From Clostridia bacterium (GTDB taxonomy: Bacteria > Bacillota > Clostridia > Oscillospirales > CAG-272), in contig JAFQEC010000004.1 in assembly GCA_017415805.1 (NCBI GenBank), positions 2,843-66,842 of the forward strand: 64,000 nucleotides of DNA. Reading direction: 5' to 3'. The position numbers and the translations under genes are program-made. Below, in pieces: positions 17,955 through 27,905 of this stretch; position 1 is the stretch's first letter, and each line of letters opens with the position of its first letter. Under the pieces are notes generated by a model, which was not told the origin of the DNA, searched no databases, and saw only the letters and a program-made list of their open reading frames with translations.

Positions 17955-19586
17955 TTACTCGACTGCGATGACGTAGTCGTACAGGGGCTGACCGCCCTCC
18001 AGCAGCATCAGCTCTGCATCGGGGGCCTTGGCGCGCAGCAGCTGCTCCACGCACTCGGTGATCGGCGCAGTAGCCTGCTCACCCGTATACACCGACAAAA
18101 ATGAGGGTGCATCGATGTTGTCCAGCAGCTTCTCCAGTGCGGCAGGGATCTCACCCGCGACCGCCTTGACCTTGCCGTTGACAAGGCCCAGCACCTCGCC
18201 GTCCTTGATGCACATGCCGTCGATCTCGGCATCGCGTACCGCGCGGGTGAAGGAGAGGGTGGTCACGCCCGTAATAGCCTCCTCCATAGCGGCGGCATTG
18301 TCCTCGGGCGAGAGGGACTCGTCATACATCATCATGGCGGTGAAGCCCTGTGTGAACTGTGCCGAATGGATGACGATGACCTTTTTATCGGTGGTCATCT
18401 CGGCGGCACGCTCGGCCACAAGGAAGATGTTTTTATTGTTGGGAAGAATAAATACGGTATCGGAATTCACCGCGTCGATGGCAGCGAGAATATCGTCGGT
18501 GCTGGGGTTCATGGTCTGACCGCCCGGCACGACGTAGCCCACGCCGAGATCGCGGAAGGCCGCCACCACGCCCTCACCCACGGCGATGGAAACAAAGCCA
18601 ACGGGCGTGCGGGGCTCATTCGAGGGGGCACTCTTTTCCTCGATCAGCTCGGTATGTTGATTTCGCATATTCTCGATCTTGACCGTGAACAGCGAGCCAA
18701 ATCGCAGCGCCTTCTCCAGCACCTTACCGGGGTGGTTGGTGTGCACGTGGATCTTGATCATATTTTCGTCGTCAATGAACACCAAGCTGTCGCCAAGACC
18801 CGCAAGGTACTCGCGCAGGTCGGAGCAATTGCCCTCGATCCCCTTGTGCTTGTCATCCTTGTCGACGATGCACTCGGTGCAGTAGGCAAACTTAATGTCG
18901 CCCGTTTCAAAACTGCCGAAATCGGCAACACCGGGCGTGGCGGTTGCGTCGCCGCCGCCCACACGCTCAATGGGCTGACCGTTGAGCGCCGCCAGCATGC
19001 CTGCCAGCACCGTGACAAAGCCGCTACCGCCCGCATCCACCACGTTGGCCTCCTTCAGAATGGGAAGGAGCTCGGGGGTGAGCGCCAGTGCCTCGTTGGC
19101 GGCCTGGAGCAGGTAGTTGAACAGTCCTCGGATATCGCCCTCGTATTCGCCGTGCTCGGTCGCCTCAACGGCGCGCTCGGCACACATACGCATGACGGTG
19201 AGGATCGTACCCTCGGTGGGGGTCATGACCGCGCCGTACGCCTCCTTGGTGCCCTGATTGAGCGCCTTGGCGATATCGGCGGAATCGACCTCATCCAAGC
19301 CCTTGAGCGACTTGGCAAAGCCGCGGAAAAACAGCGACAGGATCGCGCCCGAGTTGCCGCGCGCAGCGCGCAGCATATAGTCCGCCACCTTGGTGGCGCA
19401 CTCGGATACGGTGCCACTAAAATCGTTGAGGTTTTGCAGCGTGCTCATGGTCAGGCTCATATTGACGCCTGTATCGCCATCGGGCACGGGGAACACGTTG
19501 AGTGCATTGATAACCGCCTGGTCATTGTTGAGTGCATTGGCGGCCGAAATACACATTTCGCTGAATTTTTTACCGTTGAGCTTCAT
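17955..19586 (-). CDS. fakA: DAK2-domain fatty acid kinase subunit, FakA/YloV family (copy 1)
   Basis: 543 aa from MKLNGKK after an AGGAG RBS. The DhaL-type motif FPVPDGDTGVNM is present, and length fits the YloV/FakA family. Confidence 0.8.
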   Translation of the reverse strand: MKLNGKKFSEMCISAANALNNDQAVINALNVFPVPDGDTGVNMSLTMSTLQNLNDFSGTVSECATKVADYMLRAARGNSGAILSLFFRGFAKSLKGLDEVDSADIAKALNQGTKEAYGAVMTPTEGTILTVMRMCAERAVEATEHGEYEGDIRGLFNYLLQAANEALALTPELLPILKEANVVDAGGSGFVTVLAGMLAALNGQPIERVGGGDATATPGVADFGSFETGDIKFAYCTECIVDKDDKHKGIEGNCSDLREYLAGLGDSLVFIDDENMIKIHVHTNHPGKVLEKALRFGSLFTVKIENMRNQHTELIEEKSAPSNEPRTPVGFVSIAVGEGVVAAFRDLGVGYVVPGGQTMNPSTDDILAAIDAVNSDTVFILPNNKNIFLVAERAAEMTTDKKVIVIHSAQFTQGFTAMMMYDESLSPEDNAAAMEEAITGVTTLSFTRAVRDAEIDGMCIKDGEVLGLVNGKVKAVAGEIPAALEKLLDNIDAPSFLSVYTGEQATAPITECVEQLLRAKAPDAELMLLEGGQPLYDYVIAVE

Positions 19587-19590
19587 TCGA

Positions 19591-20457
19591 TCAACGCTCC
19601 TTTCCGAGGAAGAACAGTGCCATGGTGCCGGGGCCCGAATGTGCACCGATCACGGGGCCGACGTGGGAGATCAGAATCTCCTTTTTTACACCCATTACGG
19701 TGCGAACGCGCTCTGCCAGATACCTTGCATCCTCCTCGCAGTCGCCGTGGCTGATAAACACCGTCTGGTCGGCGGGGTCGATGGCCAGTGCCTGCATACG
19801 GGCGCACAGATCGTCCAGCGACGCACGTCTGCCGCGCTTGATGCCGATCTTCACAAGATGCCCCTCGTTATCCACGTGCATGATGGGCTTGATGCCCAGC
19901 GCCGAGCCCGCCACAGCGGTCACCGCGCTCACGCGGCCGCCGCGCTTGAGGAAAAAGAGGTCGTCGACCGTGAACAGGTGCACCAAATTGAGCTTGATGC
20001 TCTCGATATAATCACGCACCTCCTCAAGGCCTGCACCCGCGTTGCGCTTCTGCACCGCGTGATAGACAAGCAGTCCCTGCCCCAGCGAGGCGCAGAGCGT
20101 ATCCACCGCCGCGATCTTGCGCTCGGGATACTTCTCGGCCATTTCCTTGGCGGCAAAGAGCCCCGCCTGGAAGGTGCCCGAAAGCCCCGAGGAAAAGCCC
20201 AGATACAGCACGTCGCGCCCTGCGGCGAGATGCTTTTCAAAGATCTCCTCAAAGGTTTCAATATTGATCGCAGAGGTCTTTGCGCTACGCTTGTCGCGCA
20301 AGCTCTGATAAAATGCGCCGATCTCGACCTCATTATTGGGGCGGGGCTCCTCCCCGTCCACTGTTACATACAGCTGAACAACGTCAATATCAAGGGTCTT
20401 GACCAAATCAAGTGGCAGGTCTGCCGACGAGTCGGTCAGGATCACAAAAGGATTCAT
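19591..20457 (-). CDS. fakB: DegV-family fatty-acid-binding protein, FakB (copy 1)
   Basis: 288 aa from MNPFVILTDSSADLP. This N-terminus is typical of DegV. It ends 4 nt before fakA. Confidence 0.8.
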   Translation of the reverse strand: MNPFVILTDSSADLPLDLVKTLDIDVVQLYVTVDGEEPRPNNEVEIGAFYQSLRDKRSAKTSAINIETFEEIFEKHLAAGRDVLYLGFSSGLSGTFQAGLFAAKEMAEKYPERKIAAVDTLCASLGQGLLVYHAVQKRNAGAGLEEVRDYIESIKLNLVHLFTVDDLFFLKRGGRVSAVTAVAGSALGIKPIMHVDNEGHLVKIGIKRGRRASLDDLCARMQALAIDPADQTVFISHGDCEEDARYLAERVRTVMGVKKEILISHVGPVIGAHSGPGTMALFFLGKER

Positions 20458-20492
20458 ACGGATATTCCTTTCTAAAAAGATGTGCAAAGCAC

Positions 20493-20521
20493 TTGACAAG
20501 ACTGTTTGCAAGTGTTACACT
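20493..20521 (+). promoter_or_regulatory. Promoter of the TetR-aro operon
   Basis: TTGACA (20493-20498), 17 nt, TACACT (20516-20521). Confidence 0.6.
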
Positions 20522-20530
20522 TAATGGAGA

Positions 20531-20544
20531 GTTACATTCGTAAC
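20531..20544 (+). promoter_or_regulatory. Candidate TetR operator (palindrome)
   Basis: GTTAC-ATTC-GTAAC inverted repeat about 10 nt downstream of the -10. A further GTTACA copy overlaps the -10 (20514-20519). Confidence 0.4.
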
Positions 20545-20620
20545 ATATCAATTTTACCACTTTCATGAAAACCTGTCAATCTTTTTGCTTTAGTCTGTGA
20601 CAAACGGGGGGCTTTTGTTC

Positions 20621-21190
20621 ATGAAAAAAAAGAACGAATCCAACAAATTAGCCAAGGAATGTATCGTAACCGCGCTCATTGAGCTGATGAAGGTACAGGA
20701 CTACAACGCCATCACCATCACCGACATCACGCGCAAGGCGGGTGTCTCGCGCATGGCGTACTACCGTAATTATACGTCCAAGGATGATATTTTGAACACC
20801 TATATGGACGAGGTCGGCCTGTCGATCCACGAGAAGATCACCCATATGGGCTCGTACGACGAGATCTATCACTATTACTACGAGCTTTTTGATCAGCTGG
20901 GACGCTACAACGACCTCGGCATTGCCGCGTACCGCGCGCATCTGGGTGAGTTGATTCTTGCCAATATCAACAAAAATATGCTGGTGACCTTCCCCCCCGT
21001 GGACGACTCGCCCGCCGAGCGCTACCGTGCGCTATACCTTGCGGGGGCGTTCTACAACGTCTTTATTGAATGGCTCAAGGGCGGCCGACAGGAGAGCGTG
21101 GAGCAAATGGCGCGTATCTGCTGTGCCATGACCTGCCGCGGCTGCCCCATCCCCGTGCGCAACGCACAAAACGAAAAGGAGAACATTTAA
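20621..21190 (+). CDS. TetR/AcrR-family transcriptional regulator
   Basis: 189 aa from MKKKNES. The N-terminal HTH ITITDITRKAGVSRMAYYRNYTSKDDIL matches TetR. Its stop overlaps the tyrA ATG (TAATG). Confidence 0.8.
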   Translation: MKKKNESNKLAKECIVTALIELMKVQDYNAITITDITRKAGVSRMAYYRNYTSKDDILNTYMDEVGLSIHEKITHMGSYDEIYHYYYELFDQLGRYNDLGIAAYRAHLGELILANINKNMLVTFPPVDDSPAERYRALYLAGAFYNVFIEWLKGGRQESVEQMARICCAMTCRGCPIPVRNAQNEKENI

Positions 21191-22038
21191 TGTTTACGGT
21201 TGGAATTGTCGGACTTGGACTGATCGGCGGCTCGATGGCACGCACATACAGCGCGGGCGGGCACGCCGTTCTGGCATACGATACAAACGAAAACGCAATG
21301 AAAGAGGCTCTTGCCGCAAACGCGATCTGCGGGCGGCTTTGCGCCGAGAATGCGGCGGGCTGTGACGTGATTTATCTTGGCGTGTACCCGCAGGCGGCAC
21401 TCGCATGGCTGGAGCAGGCCGCGCCGCATCTGACGCGCTCCTCGCTTGTGATCGACCTGTGCGGCACCAAGCGCACCGTCTGTGCCGAGGGCTTTGCGCT
21501 GGCGGCAAAGCACGGCTTCACCTTTGTGGGCGGCCACCCGATGGCGGGCACGCAATTTTCGGGCTTTGCCAACAGCCGTGCAAATCTGTTTCAAGGCGCA
21601 CCCATGGTGATCGTGCCCCCCGAGGGGAGCAACGAGGCACTGCTCTCACGCATCCGTATGCTCCTCACGCCCGTGGGCTTCGGCTCGGTGACACTCTCCA
21701 CGGCCGAGGAGCACGACCGCATCATCGCTTTTACCTCACAGCTGGCGCACGTGGTCTCCAACGCCTACGTCAAGAGCCCCAACGCACAGGTGCACAAGGG
21801 CTTTTCGGCAGGCTCGTACAAGGATCTGACGCGCGTGGCGTGGCTCAATGAGCATATGTGGAGCGAGCTGTTTTTAGAGAACAAGGATTATCTGATCGAG
21901 GAGATCGAGGGGATCGCCGCCGCACTGCTGGAATATCGCGACGCGCTGAAAAGCAACGACGGTGAGCGATTGCTTGCGCTGTTGCGCGACGGCCGCCTTG
22001 CCAAGGAGCGCGTGGACCGCGGAGAGGAGCACGAATGA
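21190..22038 (+). CDS. tyrA: Prephenate dehydrogenase
   Basis: 282 aa from MFTVGIVGLGLIGGSMA (Rossmann fold). GGHPMAG motif present. Confidence 0.85.
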   Translation: MFTVGIVGLGLIGGSMARTYSAGGHAVLAYDTNENAMKEALAANAICGRLCAENAAGCDVIYLGVYPQAALAWLEQAAPHLTRSSLVIDLCGTKRTVCAEGFALAAKHGFTFVGGHPMAGTQFSGFANSRANLFQGAPMVIVPPEGSNEALLSRIRMLLTPVGFGSVTLSTAEEHDRIIAFTSQLAHVVSNAYVKSPNAQVHKGFSAGSYKDLTRVAWLNEHMWSELFLENKDYLIEEIEGIAAALLEYRDALKSNDGERLLALLRDGRLAKERVDRGEEHE

Positions 22039-23090
22039 AAACGGTATCGGTTCGGGCCTCGCGCCCTTATGAGGTAAAGATCGAGGCAGGGCTTCTCGCG
22101 CGCGCAGGCGCGGAGATCGCCGCGCTCTATGCGCCCCCGCGCTCAGTGCTGATCGTCACCGACGACACGGTGAACGCGCTTTATGCCGACGCGCTGACCG
22201 CCTCGCTGGAGAAGGCAGGCTTTGGTGCTTCGCGCTTTGTGTTTGCACACGGCGAGTGCTCCAAGCACATCGGCACGCTGGGTGAGATCTGGAACACGCT
22301 CGCAGAGCATAAGCTCACGCGCTCGGATCTCATCGTCGCACTGGGCGGCGGTGTGACGGGCGACATGGCGGGCTTTGCCGCCGCTACGTTCCTGCGCGGC
22401 ATTGCCTATATACAGATCCCCACGACGCTGCTTGCCATGGTGGATTCCTCGGTGGGCGGCAAGACCGCCATCGACCTCTCGGTGGGCAAGAATCTGGTGG
22501 GCGCGTTCTACCAGCCGTCGCTGGTGCTGTGCGACACCGATCTGCTCGCAACGCTCTCGCCTGAGATCTATGCGGACGGATGCGCCGAGGTCATCAAATA
22601 CGGCTACATCAACGACCCCACGCTGCTGGGCATGCTGGAAACATCCTTTGCCGACGCACCCGAGGCAGTCATAGCCCGCTGTATTGCGGACAAGCGCGAT
22701 CTGGTCGAGGCCGACGAGCACGACAACGGCGCGCGGCAGCTGCTCAATCTCGGGCACACGGCGGGGCACGCCATTGAGGCCTGCTCCAATTTCGAAATTT
22801 CGCACGGCAGTGCGGTCGCCATCGGCATGCTACTCATGGCGCGTGCGGCCGTGAAAAAGGGGCTTTGCACCCCCGACGTGCCCGCGCATATGGAAGCGAT
22901 GCTGCGCGCCTATCACCTGCCCACAGACTGCCCCTTCGGGGCGGCGGATCTGGCGGCCGTGGCACTCTCGGACAAAAAGCGCAAGGGCGCGACGCTCTCG
23001 CTGGTCGTGCCCCAAAAACTGGGGCAAAGCGTGCTCTATCCCATCGCGGCCGCCGAGGTCGAGGAATTTTTTGCGGCGGGACTGAACTGA
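22035..23090 (+). CDS. aroB: 3-dehydroquinate synthase
   Basis: 351 aa with GGGVTGDMAGFAAATFLRGI, DSSVGGKTAID and LNLGHTAGHA motifs. Confidence 0.9.
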   Translation: MKTVSVRASRPYEVKIEAGLLARAGAEIAALYAPPRSVLIVTDDTVNALYADALTASLEKAGFGASRFVFAHGECSKHIGTLGEIWNTLAEHKLTRSDLIVALGGGVTGDMAGFAAATFLRGIAYIQIPTTLLAMVDSSVGGKTAIDLSVGKNLVGAFYQPSLVLCDTDLLATLSPEIYADGCAEVIKYGYINDPTLLGMLETSFADAPEAVIARCIADKRDLVEADEHDNGARQLLNLGHTAGHAIEACSNFEISHGSAVAIGMLLMARAAVKKGLCTPDVPAHMEAMLRAYHLPTDCPFGAADLAAVALSDKKRKGATLSLVVPQKLGQSVLYPIAAAEVEEFFAAGLN

Positions 23091-23125
23091 AAAAATCGGC
23101 GCATCTGCGCCTTTGAGGAAAACGA

Positions 23126-24391
23126 ATGGATATTACGTTACATCATCCGAAATTTGCACGTGAGGTGGCCGCGCCAACCTCAAAATCGGCAGCACACCGC
23201 GTGCTGATCGCCGCGGCCTTTGCCGATGCACCTACGCGCGTGCGCGTATCGGGGGCGGGCGAGGATATTGCCGCAACCGTGCGCTGTCTTGCGGCGCTCG
23301 GTGCGCGCATCGACGAAGCTCCCATCGCAGGGGGCGATGCGTGGCTGACGGTCACGCCGATCATGGCCGTACCTGCGTGCGCAACACTGGATTGCGGCGA
23401 ATCGGGCTCGACGCTCCGCTTTCTGATCCCCGTTGCGGCGGCACTGGGCGTTGAGACGACCTTTTTGCGCCGCGGACGACTCCCCGAGCGTCCATTGGAG
23501 CCTTTGCGCTCGGAAATGATCCGACACGGGGCGGATTTTAAGGACAATCCCGACGGGAGTCTGACGGTTCGCGGCCGCATCGGCGCAGGCGATTACGAGA
23601 TTGCCGCAAACGTCTCGTCCCAGTACATCACAGGGCTTCTCTTTGCCCTCTCGCTGTGCGATCTCCCGTCCACGCTCACGCTCACGGGCGAGATCGAATC
23701 CGCGCCCTACGTGGACATGACGGTGCACGCGCTGGCCGCCTTCGGGGCGGCACCCATGCGCTCGGCCGACGGGCGCGTCTTTACCGTGGCAGGACGGAAC
23801 GTAGCGCCCCTTCGCTCCCCTGCCGAGCTGCTCCCCGAGGGCGATTTCTCGGGCGCGGCCTTTCCGCTGGCCGCAGGGGCGCTTGGCGCGCATCCCGTGA
23901 CGGTCACGGGGCTGGATCTTGCATCCGCGCAGGGCGACCGTGCGATCCTCGATCTACTCGCACGCTTTGGCGCAAGGGTCGAGCGTGACGCAACGCGCGG
24001 CACGGTGACGGTCTCCCCTGCACCGTTGCACGGCATTGACATTGACGCAAAGCAGATCCCCGATCTCGTACCCATTCTTGCGGTGATCGCCGCGGGGGCA
24101 AGCGGCAAGACCGTGATCACGGGTGCTTCGCGCCTTCGCTTGAAGGAAAGCGACCGCATCGCCACCACCGCCGCGCTCTTGCGCGCGCTGGGCGGCAAGG
24201 TGAGCGCGACCGACGACGGCCTTGTGATCGAGTGCTCCCCTCTCTCGGGCGGCACGGTCGACGGGGCGGGTGACCACCGCATCGTGATGAGCGGTGCCGT
24301 GGCGGCACTCTTTGCAAACGGCCCCGTGACGGTTACGGGTATCGAGGCGGTGGCAAAATCCTACCCCAATTTCTTTGAGCTGATGGCTTGA
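23126..24391 (+). CDS. aroA: 3-phosphoshikimate 1-carboxyvinyltransferase (EPSP synthase)
   Basis: 421 aa with PTSKSAAHRVLIAAA, DCGESGSTLRFL and GDHRIVMS motifs. Confidence 0.9.
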   Translation: MDITLHHPKFAREVAAPTSKSAAHRVLIAAAFADAPTRVRVSGAGEDIAATVRCLAALGARIDEAPIAGGDAWLTVTPIMAVPACATLDCGESGSTLRFLIPVAAALGVETTFLRRGRLPERPLEPLRSEMIRHGADFKDNPDGSLTVRGRIGAGDYEIAANVSSQYITGLLFALSLCDLPSTLTLTGEIESAPYVDMTVHALAAFGAAPMRSADGRVFTVAGRNVAPLRSPAELLPEGDFSGAAFPLAAGALGAHPVTVTGLDLASAQGDRAILDLLARFGARVERDATRGTVTVSPAPLHGIDIDAKQIPDLVPILAVIAAGASGKTVITGASRLRLKESDRIATTAALLRALGGKVSATDDGLVIECSPLSGGTVDGAGDHRIVMSGAVAALFANGPVTVTGIEAVAKSYPNFFELMA

Positions 24392-24402
24392 AAGGAGCGC
24401 TT

Positions 24403-25485
24403 ATGGCCAACCAATACGGCAACAACATAAAGCTTTCGGTCTTTGGCGGCTCGCACGACCCCGAGATCGGCATGCGCCTCACGGGCCTTCCTGCGGGATT
24501 TGCGCCCGATCTTAATGCGCTACGGCAGTTTCTGGCGCGGCGCGCCCCGAACGGCGGTGCGTTCTCCACGCCGCGCAAGGAGGCCGATACGCCCGAATTT
24601 CTCGCAGGGCTGACCGACGGCGTGACCGACGGCAGCGAGCTCCATGCGATCATCCGCAACACCAACGCCCACTCCAAGGATTATTCCTTTATCTACGACA
24701 CCCCCCGCCCCGGGCACGCCGATTTTGCCGCGTTGCAAAAATACGGCAATGCAGTCGATCTGCGCGGCGGCGGCCACTTCTCGGGGCGGCTCACGGCTCC
24801 CCTTTGCATCGCAGGGGGGCTCGCGCTCCAGTATCTGGCGGCTCGCGGTATTCACGTGGGCGCGCACATCGAGCGCATCCACGGTATCCCCGACACACGC
24901 TTTGACGCAGTAAACGTGGACAAGCCCACGCTGGACGCCCTGAAGGAGATGCCCTTTCCCGTGCTGGACGCACAAAAGGGTGAGGAAATGCAAAACGCCA
25001 TCACCGCCGCACGTGCCGCGGGCGATTCGGTGGGCGGCGCGGTGGAATGTGCCGTAACGGGGCTTCCCACAGGCCTTGGCGAGCATATGTTCGCGGGCGT
25101 GGAGGGGCGCTTTGCCGCACTGCTGTTTTCGATCCCCGCCGTAAAGGGTGTGGAGTTCGGCGCGGGCTTTGGCGCGGCCGAGCTTTTGGGCAGCGAGAAC
25201 AACGACCCCTTCGTGACCGACGGCAAGACCGTGCGCACCGCCACGAACAACTGCGGCGGCATTTTAGGTGGCATGACAAACGGCATGCCGCTTGTATTTC
25301 GCGTGGCCTTCAAGCCCACCCCCTCGATCGCGAAGGAGCAGCAGACCGTGTCGCTTACGCGCATGGAGAACACAACGCTTTCGATCGGCGGCAGACACGA
25401 CCCCACGGTCGTGGTGCGTGCCGTACCCGTGGTCGAGGCCGCCGCGGCACTCGCGGTGCTCGACCTGATCTTAGATGAAACGTGA
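24403..25485 (+). CDS. aroC: Chorismate synthase
   Basis: ATG 24403 follows an AAAGGAG RBS. FGGSHDPEIG, PRPGHAD and GGRHDPTVVVRAVPV motifs are present. Confidence 0.85.
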   Translation: MANQYGNNIKLSVFGGSHDPEIGMRLTGLPAGFAPDLNALRQFLARRAPNGGAFSTPRKEADTPEFLAGLTDGVTDGSELHAIIRNTNAHSKDYSFIYDTPRPGHADFAALQKYGNAVDLRGGGHFSGRLTAPLCIAGGLALQYLAARGIHVGAHIERIHGIPDTRFDAVNVDKPTLDALKEMPFPVLDAQKGEEMQNAITAARAAGDSVGGAVECAVTGLPTGLGEHMFAGVEGRFAALLFSIPAVKGVEFGAGFGAAELLGSENNDPFVTDGKTVRTATNNCGGILGGMTNGMPLVFRVAFKPTPSIAKEQQTVSLTRMENTTLSIGGRHDPTVVVRAVPVVEAAAALAVLDLILDET

Positions 25486-25493
25486 GGCAGACT

Positions 25494-26654
25494 ATGAGTA
25501 ACGAACACAAGATCCCTTCCCTTGCGGACTCCCGCGCCGCCATTGACCGCATCGACCGCGAGCTGGTCAAGCTCTTTTGTGAGCGCATGCAGGTCTCGGC
25601 CGACGTGGCGGAATACAAGCGTTCGGTCGGCATGCCCGTGACCGACGCGGCGCGCGAGCGCGCACTGCTCGCCAAGGTCTCCGAGCTGGCGGGCACGGAA
25701 ATGGAGGAGAACGTGCGCACGCTGTACGCCACGATCCTTGCCATCTCCAAGGCCTATCAGCACGAGCGACTCAATACCTCATCCAAGCTCGAGCACAAGA
25801 TCTCCACCGCCGTAAAGGAGACAAGCCCCATCTTCCCCGCGCGCGCCAAGGTCGCATGCCAGGGTGTGGAGGGCGCGTACTCGCTTAAGGCGGCCGAAAA
25901 GCTCTTTTCTTGCCCCGAGGTGCGCTTTTACAAAACCTTTGGCGACGTGTTTGACGCCATTGACCGCGGCGAGTGCCGCTACGGCGTCCTGCCCATTGAA
26001 AACAGCACCGCGGGATCGGTCACGCAGATCTACGATCTGATGAGCAACCACCGCTTCTACATCGTGCGCGCGCTGCGCTTGAAGGTGGATCATTGCCTTT
26101 TGGCCAAGCCCGGCACCAAGCGCGCGGACATCACCGAGATCGTCTCGCATCAGCAGGCACTCTCCCAATGTGCGGGCTACATCGCACAGCTGTCGGGCGT
26201 GAAGGCCACCCCCTTCCCCAACACGGCCAAGGCCGCCGAATTTGCCAAAAGCGCGCCTGCGGGCGTTGCCGCGATCGCAAGCCGCGACTGTGCCTCCCTG
26301 TACGGGCTTGAGGTGCTGGACACCGATATTCAGGACAACGCCAACAACTACACGCGCTTTATCTGTATCTCCAAGACTCCTGAGATCTACCCCGGTGCGG
26401 ACAAGACCAGTATCATTCTGACCGTGCCGCACAAGCCCGGTAGCCTCTCGCGCTTGCTCACGCAGATCGACGCCATGCACATCAACCTCACCAAGCTCGA
26501 ATCCCGTCCCATCCCCGGGCATGATTTTGAGTTCCTGTTCTACTTTGATCTGGAATCGCCCATTGAGTCCCCTGCGCTGCTCCGCTTGCTCGGAGAGCTG
26601 GAGAGCAGCAGCGAGACCTTCCGTTATCTTGGCACCTACCGCGAGATGCTGTGA
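25494..26654 (+). CDS. pheA: Bifunctional chorismate mutase / prephenate dehydratase (P-protein)
   Basis: The chorismate mutase helix IDRIDRELVKLFCERMQV is followed by the prephenate dehydratase domain (VACQGVEGAYS, NYTRFICI) and an ACT domain (LTKLESRPIPG). Confidence 0.85.
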   Translation: MSNEHKIPSLADSRAAIDRIDRELVKLFCERMQVSADVAEYKRSVGMPVTDAARERALLAKVSELAGTEMEENVRTLYATILAISKAYQHERLNTSSKLEHKISTAVKETSPIFPARAKVACQGVEGAYSLKAAEKLFSCPEVRFYKTFGDVFDAIDRGECRYGVLPIENSTAGSVTQIYDLMSNHRFYIVRALRLKVDHCLLAKPGTKRADITEIVSHQQALSQCAGYIAQLSGVKATPFPNTAKAAEFAKSAPAGVAAIASRDCASLYGLEVLDTDIQDNANNYTRFICISKTPEIYPGADKTSIILTVPHKPGSLSRLLTQIDAMHINLTKLESRPIPGHDFEFLFYFDLESPIESPALLRLLGELESSSETFRYLGTYREML

Positions 26655-26663
26655 GGTGACGCG

Positions 26664-27905
26664 ATGAAGCCCGAAGCCAAGCTGCGCACGGGATTGCTCG
26701 GCGCGCACCTCTCGCACAGCTTTTCGCCGCGCATCCACGCGGCCCTTGCCACCTACTCCTACGAGCTTTTTGAGAAGGAAGAGGGCGAGGTTGGAGATTT
26801 TTTGAAAAACGGCGATTTTGACGCCATCAACGTTACCATCCCCTACAAAAAAACCGTGATGCCCTATCTGGACGAGATCTCGGACGAAGCAAAGCGCATC
26901 GGCGCGGTCAACACCGTGGTGCGCCGTGAGGACGGCAATCTTTGGGGGCACAACACGGATTACGAAGGCTTTTCCGACCTTGTGGCCGACCTTGGCATCC
27001 CGCTTGCGGGCAAAAAGGTGCTGGTACTGGGCTCGGGCGGTGCCTCGCGCACGGCGGTGACGGTGGCAAGCGACCTTGGCGCACGGGCCGTGGTGGTGAT
27101 CTCACGCAACGGCGTAGACAATTACGGCAATATCGACCGCCACGCCGACGCAGAAATTCTGATCAACGCGACACCCGTTGGCATGTACCCCAACAACGGT
27201 GTCTCTCCCCTCTCGCTGGACGCGTTTCCGCGCCTTGAGGGGGTACTGGATATGATCTATAACCCCGCACGCACCGCGCTCTTGCTGGACGCCGCGGCAC
27301 GCGGTATCCCCTCGCGCAACGGCCTTTTGATGCTGGTCTCGCAGGCGCGCCGCGCCGCGGAGCGTTTCCTGGGGCGCGCGATCCCCGATGCCGAGGTGCA
27401 CCGCATCACGGCCGAGATCGCACGCGATACTGAGAACATTCTGCTCATCGGCATGCCCGGTTGCGGCAAGACAACCCTTGGCACGCGCCTTGCCAAGGAC
27501 CTCGGCCGCACCTTTGTGGACACCGATGCAGAGATCGAGAAGATGGCGGGAATGCCCATCCCCGAGATCTTTGCCACCAAGGGCGAGGTAGCCTTCCGCG
27601 CGCTGGAGACCGAGGTGCTATCGCACTTTTCCAAACAGAGCGCGCTGGTGATCGCCACGGGGGGCGGCGTGGTCACACAGCCGCGCAACCTTCCCCTTTT
27701 GAAGCAAAACAGCTGCGTACTGTTTCTCGACACGCCGCCCGAGGCTCTCCCCACCGCAGGGCGGCCGCTCTCACAGGCGCGCACCCCTGCCGTGCTGTAC
27801 GCCGAGCGTCTGCCCCTGTACCGCGCGGCGGCCGATGCGATCATCCCCGTGACGCGCGACATCGAGGACAATCTCAAAAAGATCAAGGAGGCACTGAAAG
27901 CATGA
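26664..27905 (+). CDS. aroE/aroK: Shikimate dehydrogenase - shikimate kinase fusion protein
   Basis: The N-terminal half has HSFSPRIH, NVTIPYK and GSGGASR. The C-terminal half has the P-loop LIGMPGCGKTT and FRALE. Confidence 0.85.
   Translation: MKPEAKLRTGLLGAHLSHSFSPRIHAALATYSYELFEKEEGEVGDFLKNGDFDAINVTIPYKKTVMPYLDEISDEAKRIGAVNTVVRREDGNLWGHNTDYEGFSDLVADLGIPLAGKKVLVLGSGGASRTAVTVASDLGARAVVVISRNGVDNYGNIDRHADAEILINATPVGMYPNNGVSPLSLDAFPRLEGVLDMIYNPARTALLLDAAARGIPSRNGLLMLVSQARRAAERFLGRAIPDAEVHRITAEIARDTENILLIGMPGCGKTTLGTRLAKDLGRTFVDTDAEIEKMAGMPIPEIFATKGEVAFRALETEVLSHFSKQSALVIATGGGVVTQPRNLPLLKQNSCVLFLDTPPEALPTAGRPLSQARTPAVLYAERLPLYRAAADAIIPVTRDIEDNLKKIKEALKA

Noticed and set aside
16839-19754. Two long plus-strand ORFs (421 aa and 462 aa) opposite aroG, fakA and fakB.
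   Set aside because: They are antisense to genes with clear family motifs. The products are Gly/Arg/His/Leu-rich, and neither has a start context.
27461-27901. N-terminal extensions offered by the ORF track. Examples are 27461 for aroQ, 21070 for tyrA, 6322 for lgt, 14650 for the DUF11 gene, 54242 for the AEC gene, 16969 for mscL and 10808 for nrnA.
   Set aside because: The extensions overlap upstream genes or terminators, are Arg/Pro-rich, and lack an RBS. The internal starts align with family N-termini and have Shine-Dalgarno sequences.
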